Shown here in pieces: positions 1 through 11,041 of a DNA stretch of 64,000 nt. The notes below the pieces were generated by a model. That model was not told the origin of the DNA. It saw only the letters and a list, made by a program, of their open reading frames with translations, and ran no database searches. The stretch spans positions 46,314,001 to 46,378,000 of the forward strand of contig NC_043012.1 in the NCBI RefSeq assembly GCF_006345805.1, in the 5' to 3' direction. The stretch is from Octopus sinensis (Eukaryota). Both the position numbers and the translations under genes were made by a program. Each line of letters starts with the position of its first letter. Within the stretch, counting starts at the first letter, position 1.

Positions 1-19
1 TAAAAGATAGATTTTACGG

Positions 20-1760
20 ATGCTCTAAGGGAATCGTCAGTGATATTTTTTGGTTTCAGCGAGTTGCGTATATTTCAGCAGATTCCCTCTCTCGTTTGAC
101 TCAGCTGGGGTTGGTCAAGTACTACCTTGCAGCTCAGTAGTAGCAGACCACATGTCGGCATTCTTTTTTGTCTAAGGCCACCTAGTGTCCTTCTCAGTAT
201 CTTCCTTTGATAGAACCTATAGCCCTCTTCTTTGATGTGGCAGTAAATACAAGCCCGATCAGATTTTTCAAGAATATTCGACCCACAAATTTCGACAGGT
301 CGCTTCTATTGCTGCACATTGTGCTTGCCAGCCCTGATCTCTGCACTGCCTGGACAGCGTGTTATTGGTAGGATGCCAATGTGAAACTGTGTAAACAAGG
401 CGTGATGGTCGTAGAAGTGTCAATGAATTGGATTTCTTTACGGGTCTGAGAAAATTGATGACTTCCTTCCTGGAGTGGTATTTATTAGGCTAAATAGCTG
501 CTGATATCACGTATGCAACTACCCAAATAAGTGACCTTGAGTCCGGCGTTAGCAGCCCTCAGCTAAGTTATTAGGTCGGCTGCTGAGTAAATGTTGAAGG
601 GATAAGACAGTGTTTCACTTCTGCCCTGTAGGTGAACGTTCATTGACAGCTTAGATTAGAAATCTGATGCACTGAAAATCAGCCCGAACAGATGCAACAA
701 CTTGATATTACGCTGCTGCACTTCGTCCCACCTATTCTAGTCTCCTTGTTGGCTAATACGCATAATTCGGCTATCCTTCAATTCGCACTCTTTTTAATTA
801 TTTTTGTTTTTTCCTTTACACCAATCTGGTGGTTTGAAAAGTAGCCCAAAACTGATCGACCAATTACCTGAGTCGATATGAAAGGCGTCTGCTCAATCTT
901 TCGTTGCCATCTGCATGAACTAAAATGCCAGCTACTGTTACTTCTGTGTCACTGCGATCTACGAACTGCATGGCCTGCCTTATTCTTGTCACTAGGAACT
1001 CTTCTGAGAGGCCACTGAATTTTGCACATAAGGCGTTGGTAGACGATGATGTTGCTTAGGCGCCTAAGTAGGTTAACACACCACCTCAATAGACGGCTGA
1101 CACTCTTCTCCAAGGTTTCCATGTTTGACATACTGACGTCATATAATGACGGACCACAACATTCTGGGCAGGATCTCATGCTGGCATATCCAAGTTTTGA
1201 AGCGACCAGAAATCTAGATATGCCCAAATTAATAAACCATTTTCAAGGTTTTCATTGATTAAGCGGATGGAAAACATGTCCTTCAGTCTGATGTCAAAGC
1301 GTTTTATTAAACTTTTGATTAGTCGCTCTGTCAAGGCTGGAAGGTCCTCGACTTTGATGGGGTGAAGCTCATCCTCGCCCAAGAGATAAGCTACTCGAGT
1401 CTTTGAAAGATGCACTTGCCACTAGAAGCTGTTCACCTTGTTACAGTTAGGACTTCCATGAAGGCCCTTATTGGTGGCTATTACATGCTAGATTTCGTCT
1501 TGGAATCCTGAGACACCATCCCTAATTTCTTGATCATCAGTTTCTTTGTGATTACTAATAGAGTTAATGAGTTGATGCAGCGACTTAAGATAACCCATTT
1601 CCAAACTCTGCCACTCGGATAATCTAGAATGAGTTCAGTGATCGTCTTAGGGACGTGATGGCTTGAAGCGCTTAAACTACGAAGATCTTCATTGTATAAA
1701 GGCCGAATTTACGACGCTTGCATCGGGCAGAGGTCTATCATAGTCGATTCCAATATTTCT
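20..1760 (-). mobile_element. Degenerate, 5'-truncated HERO-clade (RLE-type) non-LTR retrotransposon
   Basis: Minus-strand frames give HERO-like motifs: PPIRAFMEVLTVT (~1440-1475; equivalent of the RT PPIRAFMDDLTVT motif), LYDVSMSNMETLEKSVSRLLRW (ORF 949-1227) and CRDQGWQAQCAAIEATCR (~300-350; C-terminal RLE region). Many stops and frameshifts. Clade assignment is from recalled family motifs. Confidence 0.75.
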
Positions 1761-1971
1761 CGAGTCACGTTTTAGATTAGAAAAGAGGAAAACCGCTTAC
1801 ATGATGGTGACTATAGTTTACAAATATCGTACCATGTGAAGACAGACACAAAAACACTCATTCGTTCACATATATGTAAAGACACATATGTACACACACT
1901 CTGACTATATATTTATATATATCTCTATATACACCCATATATACATACATATATATGTATATATATATATA

Positions 1972-2240
1972 TAATAATAGAGCAGTGTTATACTGTCAAC
2001 GTAACGTGGCAGCCCCATAAAGAGAATCACCTCACTGCTATTTAGCCCCAGGAAGCATCTACGCTTCCTGTCGGCTTTGACACATTTCCCCTGTCCTTAT
2101 GTTTACAAGGGGCAGACAAGCACCTCCACCCAGCTAAGCCTGCATCCAGAGACATATTTCTGAGTCTTGCTCGTCATCAGTCTGGAGTAGCATGGCTTGC
2201 TAGTTGGAAATTCCTATCTCGCCCTTGTAAACATATATAA
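1972..2240 (-). mobile_element. Short non-autonomous PLE-pLTR-like element carrying a minimal hammerhead, inserted in (TA)n
   Basis: ~270-bp unique segment between TA tracts; contains the hammerhead at 2145-2186. Its sense 3' end reads CAGT-ataac-ACTG-CTCTATTATT before the TA tract. Confidence 0.55.
2145..2186 (-). ncRNA. Minimal type I hammerhead ribozyme motif
   Basis: Minus strand: TCCAGA CTGATGA C GAG caaga CTC A GAAA TAT GTC^TCTGGA. Perfect 6-bp stem I, intact core, 3-bp stem II with C and A unpaired at its base, near-palindromic helix III (ATATGT, U-G wobble). Confidence 0.7.
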
Positions 2241-2322
2241 TTCCAGCGAAAATTTTTTGTATAATAATAAATAGATAGATATACACATACTTACATATGT
2301 ATGTATATGTATACACACACGC

Positions 2323-2374
<52 letters not shown>

Positions 2375-2411
2375 ATATAATATATATATATATATATGTG
2401 CGTGTGTGTGT

Positions 2412-2742
2412 ATAGTGAAGGCTCGTGGCTTAATGGTTAATGCAATCGGCTCATGGTCATAAAGTCGTGATTTCAATGGCGGATGATGCGTTCTTTACTT
2501 CAGCAAGATACTCTATTTCATATTACCCCAGTCGACTCAGCTGGCAAGGATGAGTAGTACCTGTTGTCCAAACGGCCAGCCTTGTCACACTCTGTGTCAC
2601 ACTGCATATCCTTGAGAACTGCGTCAAGGGTACACATGTCTGTAGAATGCTCAGCCACTTCCACGTTAATTTCACGAGCAAGCTGCTGTTCCATTGATCG
2701 TATCAGCTGGGATCCTCGTCGCCGTAGCAGACGGTGTGCTCC
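2412..2742 (+). mobile_element. tRNA-derived SINE (Octopus-type)
   Basis: tRNA-like head (TGGCTTAATGG A-box-like, decayed B box), core similar to the SINE at 61457 (CTTCAGCAAGATACTCTATTTCA...CCAGTCGACTCAGCTG); flanked by microsatellites. Confidence 0.7.
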
Positions 2743-3119
2743 CAATATATATATATATATATATAAATATACCTTGCTTCAGTTCCTGTCTATCAAAAGT
2801 AATGGTTCTACCTAGGTATTAGATTATGTATGCATATATTTACGAACTATTTATTACGCAATTATTTACTATTAGCAGGCGGCTCTGCGGATCGAACAAC
2901 TATGTACATATCGATACTGAGAACTATTTATATTTTTTTTGTAGTAAGACGACCAATTATACAAATATTATATACATATGTGAAAGTGTTTATTTATGTA
3001 TATATAATAGTATTTCATAAGCTGAGAGCTTATAGCGAACACTGCGCAATGACTGGAGAAAAATAGTCTAGTAATGGAACATATAAGCCCTCGACAGTGT
3101 GTATGCGTGTGTATATATA

Positions 3120-3169
<50 letters not shown>

Positions 3170-3269
3170 GTGTGTGTGTGTCTTTTTATTTAATATTATT
3201 GTTGCTTAATATATTTTGCTAAAATTGCGGTTTTTTTTTCAAATATCATGAGAAAAAGGTAATTAAAAT

Positions 3270-3600
3270 TCATTAAAATGTTACATTTATCGGCTCGTAT
3301 GTAGGCGCTAGAGTAACGAAAACAGCCGAAATGTTTGGTGTATCAAGAAGTACTGTCTCGATAGTAATGTCAGCATTTGAGAAAGAAGGAAAAACCTCCT
3401 CATCGAAACAAAACTCCAGAAGAAAACCAAAACTTTCAGAGAGGGACTGTCGAACTCTTACGCGAATTGTTAGAAAGGATCACAAAAATACAACTCCGGA
3501 AATTACTACAGAGCTTAATGACCACCTCGAGAACCCAGTCTCTACAAAAACTGTTCGCCGGGAGCTATACAAATTCAGATTCACACGGGAGGGCTGGAAA
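3270..3600 (+). mobile_element. Tc1-family transposase fragment (N-terminal DNA-binding region)
   Basis: ORF 3331-3612: ...FGVSRSTVS...RKPKLSERDCRTLTRIVRKDHKNTTPEITTELN...VSTKTVRREL, typical Tc1 paired HTH; no catalytic domain. Confidence 0.8.
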
Positions 3601-3863
3601 CCTTGGTGCTGACGATGCAGAATTGCAGCTGGTGCCAAGGTGGTAGGTCCGGGTTGTATGTAAGTCACAGGCCTGAAATTTGCCAGAAGGGCATACCTCT
3701 GGTGACAGCAATGCGGTAAATCATTAATCAATGAAATTCCAACGTTTTATTATTTGCAATTCTTACAATTTTGCAATATTGAAATAAGCTAGTACTTTCT
3801 TGCATTACGCAGTCACAAAGTTTATGGAGTTACAGTCCTGTTCCACAATTGACATATATATAT

Positions 3864-3934
<71 letters not shown>

Positions 3935-3938
<4 letters not shown>

Positions 3939-4439
3939 AGGTCACTTTCGAGTTCTACTGGTAATATGTAACCCAGTACAACCTGTTGCATGGTCGGGTC
4001 GTCGGCGACTAAACCGGCAACCTCACCAAGCTTACATGGTGATGAGGGTGTTTATTGGACACCCTGCAAGATGAAAAACAAAACATGTCAAAGGGCGGAG
4101 GAACTCTTCAGAGTCAACGGCCATCCAATAAATGTGTATTTTTTTTTCTCAAGGCTTAAGGCTGACAGACTCCAAGCCTTTGTTAGGGCATCCTTCTAGG
4201 AGAAGGTAACTCAGGTAACTGGGATAACTCCGACATAAAACCTGCGGCTCAGTGGTTACCGATGATGTTGACTTGTTCTTCTTTTCCGATTATGGCTGCT
4301 GTTGCTTAAGGAGTGGGATTGACACAGTGCGCAGCCTTTCCTCACTTTAAAAAAAGTCTTCTTGCACAGGAATTGCACGACAACAACATTGATTAAGCTT
4401 CGTGCAATGGGCATACTCGATAACGAGGGGGCAGCCACC

Positions 4440-4440
<1 letters not shown>
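3935..4440 (+). mobile_element. Interspersed ~500-bp GC-richer repeat, possibly from an RTE-type LINE 5' UTR
   Basis: Non-coding segment bounded by (TA)n on both sides. Contains a CCTTCT-agg-AGAAGG hairpin reminiscent of RTE 5' UTRs. Family assignment is a weak recollection. Confidence 0.3.
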
Positions 4441-4496
<56 letters not shown>

Positions 4497-4497
4497 G

Positions 4498-4566
<69 letters not shown>

Positions 4567-5838
4567 CATATATTTATATACGCGTAAATTTTATTACTGG
4601 AAAAATGGCAATGAAAACACAGGGCAGATTTGTATGCCAAAATAAAATAATAACTTAGTGAAATTCTGTTTTATGTATGTTTCTTATCTTTTAACATAAA
4701 TGTAAGGTAACTGTAGGACCTGAAATCGGGACAGTTCTCACGTTGTGTTGTGGTGAAAACAGGCAAAATATTCGCTTTTTGAAAATGTTAAGCATCTTTA
4801 CAACACTTAAGTGTTATCTTAATTGTTTCTCTCCTGTCAAATGAATACCTGATTATTGTTTCATACATACTCATTCACATGATTTCGCAGTTATATATTC
4901 TTTTTGATATTTTCTTGTTAGCCTACATCTGCAAGAATTTATATGTATGATTAAATTTATTTGCAGCAATGTGCGTTACATATATCACTCTACTATGAAT
5001 AATGATTAATTCTAGGGTCGTATAAACTGGTAAGATTAATACCTATACCAAATGCAGTGATTTCGTACCGCTTTCCATTACTTAACTTAATATCTGAGAT
5101 ATCAAACTTGCGTATTTCGTAAGTGATTTGATCTGGGAATATATGTTGAAACTGAGCCAATTATATGGTGCTAATGCACTTGTGACAATAATCATTCCAA
5201 ATGTGTATGTACCGTTATATTTCCTGCGTTATTTTCTAATAGTATTATTTATCATTAAGTATCAAACTATTTCGTAGTACAATAACAATCACACTTTTTG
5301 TATAATAAAAATTAATATTTTGTTTAATACTGCATATATTTGTTTGCAACGAATATTGATAACATCATGTTTTTCATAAAAGAAATGCATAAATCAAAAT
5401 CAAAATGAATATATACATAAACAAATGATGTAGAGAGCATCGTATTTTTCATATTGAATATGCGAAGTCAGTGGAAATATTTTATTTTTGTGTTCAAGAG
5501 CAACCGTAGCAGTTCTCTGAGAATTATAGTATAACTTATATTTTTCCATTACAGCACTTTTGAAGCTTCCTACCTCTGAAAGATTAAATATTCTTAATTA
5601 GACACGCCGTAGTGATTTTGTAGTTCTGTAAAAGGCAAGAGTAATCTGAAATTAATTCGCAAACGAAAAAACATAACATTGAAAATAATGCTTTTCCATT
5701 TTCATGAATAAATATCTATTGAAATGACTCACGCATATGATTACATCCGTATCATACATATAATGAATATAATATGGAAGATGTATAGATGTTTTGATGC
5801 TTGTACATATATACATATGTGTGTGTATGTATGTTTGC

Positions 5839-5883
<45 letters not shown>

Positions 5884-7463
5884 GTAAGATATATATATAT
5901 ATATATATGTATTAGTAGGAAAGATGCCGCAAATATGACATACATAGTGTCATGGTGCACAAATTTCAGAAGACCAGGAATTTTGCTTAGAGAACCATGA
6001 ACTCGTAAACATATATGGATATTTGATTCTTATTTATGTAGTAGGGAAATGGTTATATGAAGTAAGTGAGTTTGTATAAGACATACATCGAAACTAATGC
6101 ATTGCGAAGAAGGAAATGGAAACTGAATGCAATAGTGAAGACAGCAAACAAAGCACCATCTGAATGCTATAAACTATTTAGAATATAGTCCCAAACTCCT
6201 ATCAATATAAAACTAAATGAGAGGCTCTCGTCACGCCCCGTACTTGAAGCCAGCAACATTTGCAGCAAATACCGCGCTACTCTCTTTTAAAACGCTAGAC
6301 ACATGATATATTCCTAAAACCTTATATAAATGCGAGATGGATTCAAGTGTGATTGAATATCAACAAAGAAATATTCTGGAGTCTCAGCACGGTAACTTGC
6401 AAGAATAATTTTTCCATGTTACATTACATGTACAATAATACACCTTGTGCTTAATAAACGTCATTCAAATGGTAGCGTAAATTAATTGAATTTAGATGAC
6501 CACTGATAAGCATATTGTAGTGTAATGTGAATTGAGATATGTATGCTTTTCATATTAATGGCATAATCACTCGAAAGAACATTGAACCGGCTTATTTTTT
6601 GGCTCCTATTAGCAAAAATTGTTTGCTATACAAATATAAACATTTAATGTCCTTGTGTAATCATATATGACCCTTTGCTTACAAATTGTGGCTCAATCTA
6701 TATAATTTTTTCTGCCTACTTTTGCAGGTTATATGAATAAGTTCATAGTATCATTGAGAAAGACAGAAAGGCAGAAATTCAATTAGAAGGTAGCGGGGAG
6801 GAAAAAGACAAAGACCAAGAGAATATGAAGAAATAGAAAAAAGAAAGAAAAGCGAGAACAAGCCCAAACTGAAGAGAAAAGCAAAACAAAATGACATCAG
6901 ATGCAGTATGTGTAAGCTAGTTTTGGAAGACTAAGAGGTATCCTTTGAAGTATCGTTATAGAAGTGTTTCTCGTGCATTGATCAAAATTAATTTTCATCT
7001 TTTTAATTTCTTTTTTTTTTTACAAATCACATACGTTTTCAAATATATGGACATCTCATGGAAATGAAATCAAAGACCGAATTAACATCATCCACGTTTT
7101 GAAATGAATATAAACATATACAGGCACACATGCGCGCGCGCACACCCACAGAAGCACACACACACACACTAATATACTTGGAAATGTGCATAATTGTTAT
7201 GCATTATTTCATGTGCGCGTGTGCATACACGTGCATGTTGACACAAATATACATGGTTTTATAATAGCCTTTCTCTCTCTCACTGTTATATGCTAGTGTA
7301 TATATACATATATATAAAATAAATATAAGAGAGTGGTCACTATATGGCTCACTCTAGCACCAGTTAATCCAAAAGGTTTCAACCACAAAAATACATGTTT
7401 CCCATGAAAGTCAGTACGATTGTTAGCTCACACGGACAGGGCAAATAAAAAATAACAAAAATA

Positions 7464-9147
7464 CAGATTATTTTGGGACAATTGTTTCGCTATTAATGAA
7501 TTAAATGTAATTTTACTTACAAAAAAATCCACTTGTAGCTCGTCAGCCAAAACTATCTGGATGAAATCCACTCAATCACACGCCAGATTTTACCATAACG
7601 ATAAATACGCGTGTGGTTCAATTGATTACATCCGACGTTATAATTTAGATGCCCCAACTAACAGCGCGCCAAACTTTCACGGAAAACAATACTGCATTTA
7701 GAAATAAATGCAGCATAATTATAATTAATAATAAGGGTGAGAGAATTAGATACAATTTAATAGTATATCTATTCAACACCAGTGGCCTGTGCTCCGAGAA
7801 ACCTGGATTATTATAATATTTTATAATATATTATAATATTTTTACAAAATAAATATAGAGAGTGGTCACTATATGGCTCACTCTAGCACCAGTTAATCCA
7901 AAAGGTTTCAACCACAAAAATACATGTTTCCCATGAAAGGCAGTACGATTGTTAGCTCACACGGACAGGGCAAATAAACAATAACAAAAATACAGATTAT
8001 TTTGGGACAATTGTTTCGCTATTAATGAATTAAAGTGTAATTTTACTTACAAAAAAATCCACTTGTAGCTCGTCAGCCAAAACTATCTGGATGAATCCAC
8101 TCAATCACACGCCAGATTTTACCATAACGATAAATACGCGTGTGGTTCAATTGATTACATCCGACGTATAAATTCAGATGCCCCAACTAACAGCGCGCCA
8201 AACTTTCACGGAAAACAAATACTGCATTTAGAAATAAATGCAGCATAATTATAATTAATTAATAAGGGTGAGAGAATTAAATACTAATTAATGTATTCTA
8301 TTCAACACCAAGTGGCCTAGTGCTCCGAGAAACCTGGATTATTATAATATTTTATAATATATTATAATATTTTTACAAAAAATATAAGAGAGTGTCACTA
8401 TATGGCTCACTCTAGCACCAGTTAATCCAAAAGGTATCAACCACAAAAATACCATGTTTCCCATGAAAGTCAGTACGATTGTTAGCTCACACGGACAGGG
8501 CAAATAAAAAATAACAAAATACGATTATTTTGGGACAATTGTTTCGCTATTAATGAATTAAATGTAATTTTACTTACAACAAAAAAATCCCTTGTAGCTC
8601 GTCAGCCAAAACTATCTGGGATAAATCCACTCAATCACACGCCAGATTTTACCATAACGATAAATACGCGTGTGGTTCAATTGATTACATCCGACGTTAT
8701 AATTCAGATGCCCCCACTAACAGCGCGCCAAACTTTCACGGAAAACAATACTGCATTTAGAATAAATGCAGCATAATATAATTAATTAATAAGGGTGAGA
8801 GAATTAAATACTAATTTAATAGTATATATATTCAACACCAAGTGGCCTAGTGCTCCGAGAAACCTGGATTATTATATATTTTTAATATATTATATATTTT
8901 TACAAAATAAATATAAGAGAGTGGTCACTATATGGCTCACTCTAGCACCAGTTAATCCAAAAGGTATCAACCACAAAAATACATGTTTCCCATGAAAGTC
9001 AGTACGATTGTTAGCTCACACGGACAGGGCAAATAAAAAATAACAAAAATACAGATTATTTTGGGACAATTGTTTCGCTATAATGAATTAAATGTAATTT
9101 TACTTACAAAAAAAAACCACTTGTAGCTCGTCAGCCAAAACTATCTG
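7464..9147 (-). ncRNA. Four type I hammerhead ribozymes in the forward units of array 1 (~7464-7559, 7993-8089, 8522-8618, 9052-9147)
   Basis: Each is the reverse complement of the 9625-9719 motif (+ strand reads TTTTGG GAC AATT GTTTC GCTA ... TAGC TCGTCAG CCAAAA). All four cores are intact. Confidence 0.9.
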
Positions 9148-9624
9148 GATGAAATCCACTCAATCACACGCAGATTTTACCATAACGATAAATACGCGTG
9201 TGGTTCAATTGATTACATCCGACGTTATAATTCAGATGCCCCAACTAACAGCGCGCCAAACTTTCACGGAAAACAAATACTGCATTTAGAAATAAATGCA
9301 GCATAATTATAATTAATTAATAAGGGTGAGAGAATTAGATACTAATTTAATAGTATATCTATTCAACACCAAGTGGCCTAGTGCTCCGAGAAACCTGGAT
9401 TATTATAATATTTTATAATATATTATAATATTTTTACAAAATAAATATAACAGAGTGGTCACTATATGGCTCACTCTAGCACCAGTTAATCCAATTGTTT
9501 TCCGTGAAAGTTTGGCGCGCTGTTAGTTGGGGCATCTGAATTATAACGTCGGATGTAATCAATTGAACCACACGCGTATTTATCGTTATGGTAAAATCTG
9601 GCGTGTGATTGAGTGGATTTCATC

Positions 9625-9719
9625 CAGATAGTTTTGGCTGACGAGCTACAAGTGGATTTTTTGTAAGTAAAATTACATTTAATTCATTAATAGCGAAACA
9701 ATTGTCCCAAAATAATCTG
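9625..9719 (+). ncRNA. Type I hammerhead ribozyme (reference copy); predicted GUC cleavage after 9706
   Basis: CAGATAGTTTTGG (9625-9637), CTGACGA (9638-9644), GCTA, 42-nt loop, TAGC (9691-9694), GAAA, C-AATT-G, TC^, CCAAAATAATCTG (9707-9719). Stem I spans 13 positions with one G-U pair and one A.A mismatch; stem II 4 bp; helix III palindrome ACAATTGT. Confidence 0.93.
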
Positions 9720-10009
9720 TATTTTTGTTATTTTTTATTTGCCCTGTCCGTGTGAGCTAACAATCGTACTGACTTTCATGGAAACATGTATTTTTGTGGT
9801 TGAAACCTTTTGGATTAACTGGTGTTAGAGTGAGCCATATAGTGACCACTCTCTTATATTTATTTTGTAAAAATATTATAATATATTATAAAATATTATA
9901 ATAATCCAGGTTTCTCGGAGCACTAGGCCACTTGGTGTTGAATAGATATACTATTAAATTAGTATCTAATTCTCTCACCCTTATTAATTAATTATACATA
10001 TATGTATAT

Positions 10010-10047
<38 letters not shown>

Positions 10048-10061
10048 CTCTTCTACTCTTT

Positions 10062-10200
10062 ACTCTTTTACTCGTTTCAGTCATTTGACTGCGGCCATGC
10101 TGGAGCACCGCCTTAATCGAGAAACTCGACCCCGGGGCTTATTCTTTTGTAAGCCCAGTACTTATTCTATCGGTCTCTTTTGCCGAACAGCTAAGTGACG
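10062..10200 (-). mobile_element. SINE 3' fragment (Octopus tRNA-SINE type)
   Basis: GTTTCAGTCATTTGACTGCGGCCATGCTGGAGCACCGCC...CTTTTGCCGAAC; same family as 15830 and 33925. Confidence 0.75.
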
Positions 10201-10236
10201 TATACATACGTTTCTGTTTCTTCTTATATATATATA

Positions 10237-10276
<40 letters not shown>

Positions 10277-10640
10277 TCAGACAGATAGACAGACATACAG
10301 CATACCTACACATACATATATATGCATGCATACGTTTATACATATATCGCAAAAGTTCTGGTTGGAAGTCTTTTTTACAGGGCTTAGAAAAAACTGAAAG
10401 ACTGCTACAATACATGTGTCAATCTAAGAGGGAATTACATTGAATAAAATCATAATTAACTGTTCCTCCAGCATTTTCTTTTACCCAAAGCCCAGAACAT
10501 TTTAGCTCTCCATCATAAATACATACAAACATACATGCATACACTTATATGTGTTTACACATAAACGCACAAAGGGTCATTATAGAGAAATTTGGCAATG
10601 TTTATGTGTAAATAAATATCTAAAATTGTCTTTTTCTCAG

Positions 10641-10774
10641 GTATGGTGGAAAGGGATGCGCGTATGGCTTTCACATGTCTTGTGACGCGGGGAACCACGA
10701 TGCTGTTAACCCACTAATCAGTGTTCCAAGCCGATGGTTACAAATGAATGTTGAAGGTGAAGGACTTCATAAGT
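10641..10774 (+). CDS. Candidate internal coding exon of an unidentified host gene
   Basis: Pyrimidine-rich acceptor TTGTCTTTTTCTCAG|, donor |GTATGT, GC-richer than its flanks, open frame (x)YGGKGCAYGFHMSCDAGNHDAVNPLISVPSRWLQMNVEGEGLHK. 134 bp, enters in phase 2 and exits in phase 1. Protein not recognised. Confidence 0.5.
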
Positions 10775-10789
10775 GTATGTGACATATAG

Positions 10790-10935
10790 AAATTAAGCAC
10801 CGCAGACATCCTTCGTAAAGGACTTTCAATACAGGACCAAAAGAGCATCACAACACATCACAGTATATACCCAAGGCACACAGAGCTACGCTCGGTAGTG
10901 GAATGAAAGTACGTGATAAAAATAAGGCTACTGAA
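10790..10935 (+). mobile_element. 3' terminal fragment of an R4/Dong-type LINE
   Basis: Encodes TADILRKGLSI (cf. TAHILRKILSM at 33625). Its 3' UTR matches the reverse complement of ~38835-38930 and runs into an (AAT)n tail. Confidence 0.7.
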
Positions 10936-10943
10936 TAATAATA

Positions 10944-11040
<97 letters not shown>
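10935..11040. repeat. (AAT)n microsatellite
   Basis: Direct reading; explains the poly-L and poly-Y pseudo-ORFs. Confidence 0.95.

Positions 11041-11041
<1 letters not shown>

Larger units (their letters stand above)
7316..9996. repeat. Array 1 of ~530-bp hammerhead-containing units (retrozyme-like): ~4.1 forward units, then ~0.95 inverted unit
   Basis: Marker GAGTGGTCAC recurs at 7331, 7860, 8390 (one G missing), 8919 and 9453 (period 529-534). Orientation flips at ~9494/9495 (...GTTAATCCAA|TTGTTTTCCGTG...). Flanked by TA-rich microsatellite. Confidence 0.95.

Noticed and set aside
3935-4440. HDV-like ribozyme in an RTE-like 5' UTR
   Set aside because: Could not assign the nested P1/P2/P3/P1.1 pairings or the L3 consensus by eye; needs a descriptor search.
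6729-6790. Possible exon (TTTTGCAG|...GAAG|GTAGCG)
   Set aside because: All three frames contain a stop codon.
7316-9996. CRISPR array or plain centromeric satellite
   Set aside because: Units are ~530 bp with no unique spacers and the context is eukaryotic. The hammerhead, fixed ends and inversion favour a retrozyme-like origin over a simple satellite.
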